From a virus (taxonomy: Duplodnaviria > Caudoviricetes), in the IMG/VR virus record IMGVR_UViG_3300011336_000243, positions 19,180-83,179 of that record: a stretch of 64,000 bases of DNA. The stretch is one strand, 5' to 3'. A program made the translations under genes and the position numbers. Positions 58,510 through 64,000 of this stretch are shown piece after piece (within the stretch, counting starts at the first letter, position 1; each line of letters opens with the position of its first letter). The notes beneath the pieces are model-generated. The model saw nothing but the letters and a program-made list of their open reading frames with translations, was not told the DNA's origin and searched no databases.

Positions 58510-58644
58510 ATGGTAGTTTTAAACATCAACAACAAAAAGACAGTAGCTCATTTGATAGTAGCAACTGCAAAGTATGTAATAGTAGAGATAAAAGGCTTAA
58601 GAAAGTCTTTTACTACTGCTGAATTTTATGACGCTTGTCGTTAA
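58510..58644 (+). CDS. 44-aa early protein, below the ORF-track cutoff
   Basis: MVVLNINNKKTVAHLIVATAKYVIVEIKGLRKSFTTAEFYDACR, preceded by the early element. Confidence 0.6.
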   Translation: MVVLNINNKKTVAHLIVATAKYVIVEIKGLRKSFTTAEFYDACR

Positions 58645-58688
58645 ACCTTCACCCTTCCTGGACATGAAGTCAAACTGTCCATTTTTAC

Positions 58689-59087
58689 ATGACTTTAACA
58701 GCATTACGAAAAGAACTTTACTTTAAAGCCTACGTTTCCTCTGATTGCGGTAAAGAAGCTGCTAGAAAACTAGGCATTAGTGAAGATACCTTTAATAAAA
58801 ACAAGTATAAGCAACTAGTAAATCCTTTTACTCCTTTGGTAACTCTCTACAAGAAATGGCTGAGACACCCTCAAAGAATAAGGGGAGATGCTAACTGCGG
58901 ACTAATAGTCTGGTATACAGAGAATTGTGGTATAGCTACAGATGCTATGAAAACACACTTTAAGCCAAGATTTTGTCATGGTCCAATCGCTAGTCCTTAT
59001 ATTAGCAGAGAACAGTCTCTTCTTATACTTAAGACTAGACTACAATTTATTTACACTTTAAAGACTGACTCCCTATACGAGTTATAA
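58689..59087 (+). CDS. Early protein with a putative HTH
   Basis: KEAARKLGISEDTFNK. Confidence 0.6.
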   Translation: MTLTALRKELYFKAYVSSDCGKEAARKLGISEDTFNKNKYKQLVNPFTPLVTLYKKWLRHPQRIRGDANCGLIVWYTENCGIATDAMKTHFKPRFCHGPIASPYISREQSLLILKTRLQFIYTLKTDSLYEL

Positions 59088-59092
59088 CTATT

Positions 59093-59656
59093 ATGTACTA
59101 CGTACAACTAACAAACGGGATTGAAATAATCTCAGACAAGCCTTTTGATTACGCACCAGATGGTACTCTTATGAAAGGTAACGCTATGTTTTGGAAAGGT
59201 AATGAGCCTGTCCAATATCTTAGTTTTAAAAAGGACAATGTACTTTTGTCTTGGGCTACAGGTATAAAAGAAATTAACGACTTCCCTGAAGCGATTCGTG
59301 AAGAAGAGGTCAAAGAAATTGTCAAAGAAAATTCTTTGTTCCCTTCTAGTACTAATGGATGGAGTCACGTAAGTCCTAATCCTGGTGAAAAATTCCTCTT
59401 TTATAAATCTACTAAAGACGTAGATTGGAAAGGACACAAACTAGAAGATTATAAGCATGATCCTAATGTAGCTTATTATTGTAGTATCAGACTGTTTAAT
59501 AATCCATATAGAGACAAACATGGACTTCCACCTATTACAAATGAAGATAAGAAAAAGTATACTCCTTACGCAGATATGCCAGCAGACTATGCAAAGAATA
59601 CTACAGTAAAGTATGCTAAAGCTCCTGTCATTAAAGACCACAACTTTCCTTTCTAA
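59093..59656 (+). CDS. Early hypothetical protein
   Basis: 187-aa ORF. Confidence 0.7.
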   Translation: MYYVQLTNGIEIISDKPFDYAPDGTLMKGNAMFWKGNEPVQYLSFKKDNVLLSWATGIKEINDFPEAIREEEVKEIVKENSLFPSSTNGWSHVSPNPGEKFLFYKSTKDVDWKGHKLEDYKHDPNVAYYCSIRLFNNPYRDKHGLPPITNEDKKKYTPYADMPADYAKNTTVKYAKAPVIKDHNFPF

Positions 59657-59976
59657 TGGGAAGACCACGTTTAGATGATACTACAGTATCAATCTGTACA
59701 GAACTAAGGAAGAATCAAGAAGGTAGAAAATTCTACTCTCATTCTTCTTGGTTTGATGAATGTGACTACTACTCTGTTGTTTACAAACAAGAAGATCAGC
59801 AGTTACTCATCAAAAAACACAGATTAGACATACCAAGATCTGCAAAAAAGATTTGTAGGTCTGTCAGCTGTTCTAGTTTGTACATAGCGCATTGCGTAGT
59901 ACCTGTAGGACGGTATGAAATTGAAGGTGACGAGGACACCCTAATCCTTGATATAACAAACAACTTAAAAGCTTAG
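59656..59976 (+). CDS. Early hypothetical protein
   Basis: 106 aa, TAATG-coupled to the upstream gene. Confidence 0.7.
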   Translation: MGRPRLDDTTVSICTELRKNQEGRKFYSHSSWFDECDYYSVVYKQEDQQLLIKKHRLDIPRSAKKICRSVSCSSLYIAHCVVPVGRYEIEGDEDTLILDITNNLKA

Positions 59977-60000
59977 TCTGCTATATGGACTACAAAATAT
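59962..60000 (+). promoter_or_regulatory. Early-gene 12-mer + hairpin element, copy 4
   Basis: AACTTAAAAGCT / TAGTCT-GCTATAT-GGACTA / 8 nt / ATG. Confidence 0.75.
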
Positions 60001-60282
60001 ATGAAAGCAACCACACTTGCGCTTAGTCGCATCGGATCACTAGCAGTTTTACTGTTATCTTTTATCTTAATCGCAGAAGCTATTACTTTTTGCTGTACTG
60101 GAACTATTAGTACAATAGGGCCTACTACTATGTGTGTTCTAATATCTTTAACTTTAATCTCTGATTGGGGAGCTAGAGAAGTTATTCGTGATAAGGCTAA
60201 AGAAAGAAAAGAAGTTAATACTTCACCACTTAAAGAAAAAGAGATAACTTACATACCAACAAACCCAATAGACAGATTATAA
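60001..60282 (+). CDS. Early membrane protein (two TM helices)
   Basis: Two hydrophobic segments followed by a basic tail. Confidence 0.7.
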   Translation: MKATTLALSRIGSLAVLLLSFILIAEAITFCCTGTISTIGPTTMCVLISLTLISDWGAREVIRDKAKERKEVNTSPLKEKEITYIPTNPIDRL

Positions 60283-60660
60283 ATGAAGTTAAGCAATAGT
60301 CATAAAAAACAGATAAAGGTGTTAGCAGGTAGATTGCCTGCTAATGCTATTTCTGCTCGTGGGAGAGAAATAGAAGTTTTAGACTCTAAAGGAGAAACAA
60401 TAGGAAATCATGTTATAAATCATGAACGTAGGATGAGAAAAGCCTACGAAACACACGGTGAGTCAGGTTATTTAATCTACTACGCTGGCTTCATTAAACC
60501 TAGTCCACACAAACTAGAAGTTTGGCAGTTAATTAGCCAACTAACTGGTTTATTATTACCAGCTGAATTTGTTCAAGCTATAAAAGGAGAGACCCCTACA
60601 GAGTCTGAAAAAGAAAATGCAGAAATACAGGAATTATCAGATGGAAACGCATCTGAATAG
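60283..60660 (+). CDS. Early hypothetical protein
   Basis: 125-aa ORF. Confidence 0.7.
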   Translation: MKLSNSHKKQIKVLAGRLPANAISARGREIEVLDSKGETIGNHVINHERRMRKAYETHGESGYLIYYAGFIKPSPHKLEVWQLISQLTGLLLPAEFVQAIKGETPTESEKENAEIQELSDGNASE

Positions 60661-60955
60661 AGAAGTGACAAACCAAGCAGAGTTCTTAGAACTTGCTAAG
60701 GAGCTTAAAGATGATATAGATAGTTTATATACTTTATTACGTGATACAGATGACGTAGATTTACGTAAACAACTTAGAGAAGAACTAACTAATGCAAAGA
60801 CACTTCAAGGTGGTCTTTTGTTTTTAGCTAGAAGAGTTTCTAAATATCAGCAAAGATTTAAACATACTTTCTTCAAAGTGTCTAAACAGTGGGTACCACA
60901 ACCATTGTTACAAGAGTTGATTAAAGAGTCTAAACGTAGGTTATGTACTGCTTAG
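60641..60955 (+). CDS. Early coiled-coil hypothetical protein
   Basis: ORF 60617-60955, ATG 60641 preferred. Confidence 0.65.
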   Translation: METHLNREVTNQAEFLELAKELKDDIDSLYTLLRDTDDVDLRKQLREELTNAKTLQGGLLFLARRVSKYQQRFKHTFFKVSKQWVPQPLLQELIKESKRRLCTA

Positions 60956-61056
60956 CTGCTTTGGTTGCAGGAGTATTATTAGGAGTTGTGGTAACTATAT
61001 ATATAATAACTAAAGTGCTAACCATTATAAACGAAGATTCGTTTGAGAGAGATTAA
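60943..61056 (+). CDS. 37-aa single-TM protein, below the ORF-track cutoff
   Basis: MYCLAALVAGVLLGVVVTIYIITKVLTIINEDSFERD. Confidence 0.55.
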   Translation: MYCLAALVAGVLLGVVVTIYIITKVLTIINEDSFERD

Positions 61057-61180
61057 AGAACCCATACTTGTTATAGAGTCGACCATTACTGCTTCAATGT
61101 CGTTAAACGTAGAAGAGATTTAAACTACCATTCTTATTTCCAAAGGATAAGCAGCAAGAAGCTGAGTAGTGATGGGATCA

Positions 61181-61220
61181 ACCTTAAAGGCTGGAAGACC
61201 TTAATCTTCCATATTTATTT
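61181..61220 (+). promoter_or_regulatory. Early-gene 12-mer + hairpin element, copy 5
   Basis: ACCTTAAAGGCT / GGAAGA-CCTTAA-TCTTCC / 10 nt / ATG. Confidence 0.75.
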
Positions 61221-61433
61221 ATGAATACAAGACATTTTGTAGGAGCTGTACTTTTCTTAGCTATGCTAGGATTATCAGTTTCTACTACTTACAAGTCATG
61301 GATAGAACCAGACTTAGTAGAGCAAGAGTCTACGTACGGTAGTAAAGACTACCCAAATTATAAGCAAGCAGATTCCTTGTTAGGAATGGAAGCTAGAGGA
61401 ACTAAAGAATGGTTAAACATAGCTAAAAAGTAA
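61221..61433 (+). CDS. Small protein with an N-terminal signal/TM segment
   Basis: FVGAVLFLAMLGLSVS. Confidence 0.7.
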   Translation: MNTRHFVGAVLFLAMLGLSVSTTYKSWIEPDLVEQESTYGSKDYPNYKQADSLLGMEARGTKEWLNIAKK

Positions 61434-61436
61434 AGT

Positions 61437-62648
61437 ATGATATTAGAAACATTATATAAAAGAAGTAAGACTGGTAAAATAGTCTATTATAAAGTAGAAG
61501 TAACAGAATACGCTAACAACTTTGTAATTAGAAAAGAGTCAGGACAGTTAGAAACGCAAAATCCTATAGTACACGAAGAAGAAGTGTATCAAGGTAAAAA
61601 CATTGGTAAGTCTAATGAGACTACGCCACAACAGCAAGCAGAGAGTCAAGCTCAGTCTGATTGGTTAGCTAAAAAAGACACTGGCTATAAATCTTTAGCA
61701 GACTTAGGTATAGGACATCAAAACGGAGGGGTACATCATGGAGTTTTTACTATTCATGGGGTAGTTCAAGTTCCAGCTTTAAGTTTTGAAGAAATACTTA
61801 ATAAAACTTTACCTAAAGAAAACACCGACAGTGCAGGAAATACAAAACCTATGCTAGCTACTGATTGGGCTAAAGTAAAATCTATTCCTTATCCAGTCTT
61901 TGTACAGCCTAAACTAGATGGCGTAAGATGTCTAATGATATGTAGTGTTACAGATACTACGTGCAATGTTAGATTCTTAAGTCGTAGTGGTAAAGACTAC
62001 AGTACTGTAAACCACATTATAGATAATACTACGTTTCCACGTGGTAACTATATTGTTGATGGAGAGTTGTATAGTGACGAGTTAACTTTTCAAGAGATTA
62101 TTCAAGCTGTAAAGAAGCAGTGTAATAACTCTAATAAGATAAAGTTTAATGCTTACGATTTAGTTAATGAAAATGAGCAAAATCATAGACTAGTATCTCT
62201 TGAGTTTTTAATCTCTACACTTAATAGTCCTTACATTACCTTAGTACCTACTGTAACAGCTAATAACAAAGAAGAAGTAGAAACTTTTCAATCTAACTAT
62301 TTAAACGAAGGATACGAAGGTGCAATGATACGTTTTACTAATGCTATGTATGAAGCAGGAGCTAGAAGTCGTAGTCTATTAAAAGTTAAAACCTTTGATG
62401 ATACAGAGTTCACGTTCCATGGCTTTAACATAGGTCAACGAGAAGAAGACTTGATAGCTGTATGTAAGACAGAAGCTGGTGATGAATTTAGAGCTAAGCT
62501 TGTTGGTACAGTGGCAGAGAAGGAAGAACTACGTAAAAAAGAAATGGAGTATTTAGGTAAACAACTTACAGTAAAACACTTTGGTTGGACTGACTCTGTT
62601 AATCCTTTACCTAGATTTCCTGTAGCAAAAGCTTTTAGAGAAGATTAA
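61437..62648 (+). CDS. lig: ATP-dependent DNA ligase
   Basis: KPMLA, QPKLDGVRC (KxDG), DGELY, AYDL, EGAMIR and LLKVK motifs. Confidence 0.95.
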   Translation: MILETLYKRSKTGKIVYYKVEVTEYANNFVIRKESGQLETQNPIVHEEEVYQGKNIGKSNETTPQQQAESQAQSDWLAKKDTGYKSLADLGIGHQNGGVHHGVFTIHGVVQVPALSFEEILNKTLPKENTDSAGNTKPMLATDWAKVKSIPYPVFVQPKLDGVRCLMICSVTDTTCNVRFLSRSGKDYSTVNHIIDNTTFPRGNYIVDGELYSDELTFQEIIQAVKKQCNNSNKIKFNAYDLVNENEQNHRLVSLEFLISTLNSPYITLVPTVTANNKEEVETFQSNYLNEGYEGAMIRFTNAMYEAGARSRSLLKVKTFDDTEFTFHGFNIGQREEDLIAVCKTEAGDEFRAKLVGTVAEKEELRKKEMEYLGKQLTVKHFGWTDSVNPLPRFPVAKAFRED

Positions 62649-62700
62649 CCTCTTGACTGCAAAAGATGTCTTAAAAGTAAACTTATTAGAAAAGTTGTGC

Positions 62701-62708
62701 TAATTTTG
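62701..62708 (+). promoter_or_regulatory. -7 promoter box TAATTTTG
   Basis: 35 nt upstream of ATG 62744. Confidence 0.5.
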
Positions 62709-62743
62709 AACACGGTATATTCATCTCACTATAAAGTAATAAA

Positions 62744-63904
62744 ATGGCAAGTAAATGGACTTCATTAAACAACGACATTATCTCTGTAATCGAAGCAAAC
62801 AAAGAAATAAGTAATCATCTTTGCGCACAGACTATTCTAAAGACAAAAGAGTCTAAAAACGAGAACGCAGATGTACATAGTTTAAGTACTTACATTAGAA
62901 GAAACCGAGCAGAATTACTAGATAGAAATGAAGGAATATATGATGCAACAGAAGAACTTGACGTACCTAATACAAAAGTTAAGCACCTATGGCTAAAGAA
63001 TAAGTCTGCATCTTTATTTGTAAAGAATCCAAACTACAAAGACAACGAAGAGACTGATTACGAAGCATTAAGAACTAGTTTACTAAAAGAGATAAAAGGA
63101 TATGCTCCTCCTATTGATAAGATAGAAAGAGTATATAACGTAGACGAACATTTACTAATAGTAGATCCAGCCGACATCCACATTGGTAAACTATGTTCTT
63201 CTTTTGAGACAGGAGAAAAGTACAACTCACAAATAGCAGTGAAGAGAGTAAAAGAAGGAGTCCATGGACTTATACAGAAAGCACGTTCTTGGAATATAGG
63301 TAAGATAATACTTGTTGGTGGGAATGATATACTTCACGTAGATAATCCAAAGAGCACTACAACAAGTGGAACGCATCAAGACGTAGATGGTATGTGGTAT
63401 GATAACTTTGTTATAGCAAAGAAGTTGTACATAGACATACTGACTACACTTATGCAAGTAGCAGATGTACACTTTACGTATAATCCTTCTAATCACGATT
63501 TCTCTAATGGCTTTTTTCTTTGTCAGGCTATAGAAGCTTACTTTTCTAATTGTAAGAACATTACTTTTAGTATAGACATGAGTCACAGAAAGTATAGTGT
63601 CTACGGTTCAAACTTAATAGGCACTACACATGGAGACGGAGCTAAAGTTACAGACTTACCACTATTAATGGCGCATGAAAGTCCTGAGTGGAGTACTTGT
63701 AAGCACAGATACATTTATACTCATCATATTCATCACAAGATGAGTAAAGATTATATGAGTGTTTGCGTAGAGAGTTTAAGAAGCCCAAGCGGAACTGATG
63801 GGTGGCATCATAGAAAAGGTTATCAGCATGCACCTAAAGCTATAGAAGCTTTTATACACCATAAAGAACATGGCCAAGTAGCTAAACTAATCCACTTATT
63901 TTAA
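62744..63904 (+). CDS. Calcineurin-like metallophosphoesterase
   Basis: ADIHIG, GNDILH, SNHD, THGD and HHIHH motifs. Confidence 0.88.
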   Translation: MASKWTSLNNDIISVIEANKEISNHLCAQTILKTKESKNENADVHSLSTYIRRNRAELLDRNEGIYDATEELDVPNTKVKHLWLKNKSASLFVKNPNYKDNEETDYEALRTSLLKEIKGYAPPIDKIERVYNVDEHLLIVDPADIHIGKLCSSFETGEKYNSQIAVKRVKEGVHGLIQKARSWNIGKIILVGGNDILHVDNPKSTTTSGTHQDVDGMWYDNFVIAKKLYIDILTTLMQVADVHFTYNPSNHDFSNGFFLCQAIEAYFSNCKNITFSIDMSHRKYSVYGSNLIGTTHGDGAKVTDLPLLMAHESPEWSTCKHRYIYTHHIHHKMSKDYMSVCVESLRSPSGTDGWHHRKGYQHAPKAIEAFIHHKEHGQVAKLIHLF

Positions 63905-63905
63905 C

Positions 63906-64000
63906 ATGATAAAGATGACATTTACAACAGATTGCAAAGATGAAGCTAAGGTACTTTTACACGCAGTAGAAAAGGCAATAGCTGTATCTGAACTAAAACA
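63906..64000 (+). CDS. Partial ORF running off the window
   Basis: MIKMTFTTDCKDEAKVLLHAVEKAIAVSELK, starting 1 nt after the upstream stop. Confidence 0.55.
   Translation, partial: MIKMTFTTDCKDEAKVLLHAVEKAIAVSELK

Noticed and set aside
61136-61158. TCC-AAA-GGA-TA-AGCAGC-AAG resembles the SRP RNA domain IV core
   Set aside because: It lacks the GNRA tetraloop and the conserved upstream CAGG strand, so it is probably coincidental.
1-64000. Stop-codon reassignment (TAG or TGA), known in some crAss-like phages
   Set aside because: Code-11 ORFs are long and tile both blocks without fragmentation, and several genes end cleanly at TAG.
1-64000. tRNA genes, CRISPR arrays, a diversity-generating retroelement, or an integrase/transposase
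   Set aside because: I saw no T-loop consensus cloverleaf, regularly spaced repeats, reverse transcriptase, near-identical TR/VR pair or recombinase motif.
1-64000. Apparent abundance of CTAG/ACTAGT and TACGTA
   Set aside because: This is an impression only. It may follow from CTA/GTA/ACT/AGT codon preference and needs a k-mer count.

Overview
This window is 64 kb of an AT-rich crAss-like phage genome (Crassvirales, Bacteroidota host) read in the standard genetic code. All product calls come from reading motifs and gene order; no database search was run. Left end (1-2880, +): tail of the replication block, with rIIB-like, Holliday junction resolvase-like and 5'-3' exonuclease genes. Middle (2934-55550, -): the virion block. 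In transcription order it runs HU-like, putative TerS, TerL, portal, scaffold, major capsid, ring/auxiliary capsid/IHF-like, tail fibres, a four-gene lysis cassette, a muzzle gene split in two, ejected cargo proteins, a 4099-aa virion RNA polymerase polyprotein and a Cys-rich fibre cluster. Eleven of the minus-strand gene starts are preceded by the Bacteroidota -7 promoter box TAnnTTTG, four of them exactly 4 nt before the ATG. Region 55551-57400 is a divergence zone with a structured leader, a RepL-like gene, GC-rich repeats and a C-rich tract. Right end (57413-64000, +): small early genes, DNA ligase and a metallophosphoesterase. The most striking unexplained signal is a cis-element repeated before five early genes: a conserved 12-mer (AMCTWAAARRCK), then a short hairpin whose stem sequence changes while pairing is kept, then 7-10 nt and the ATG. 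Other leads are KxxxGG motifs dividing a cargo protein into modules, an L,D-transpeptidase domain in that cargo, a GNAT domain on the virion RNAP, and several multibranch RNA-like folds in the early region.
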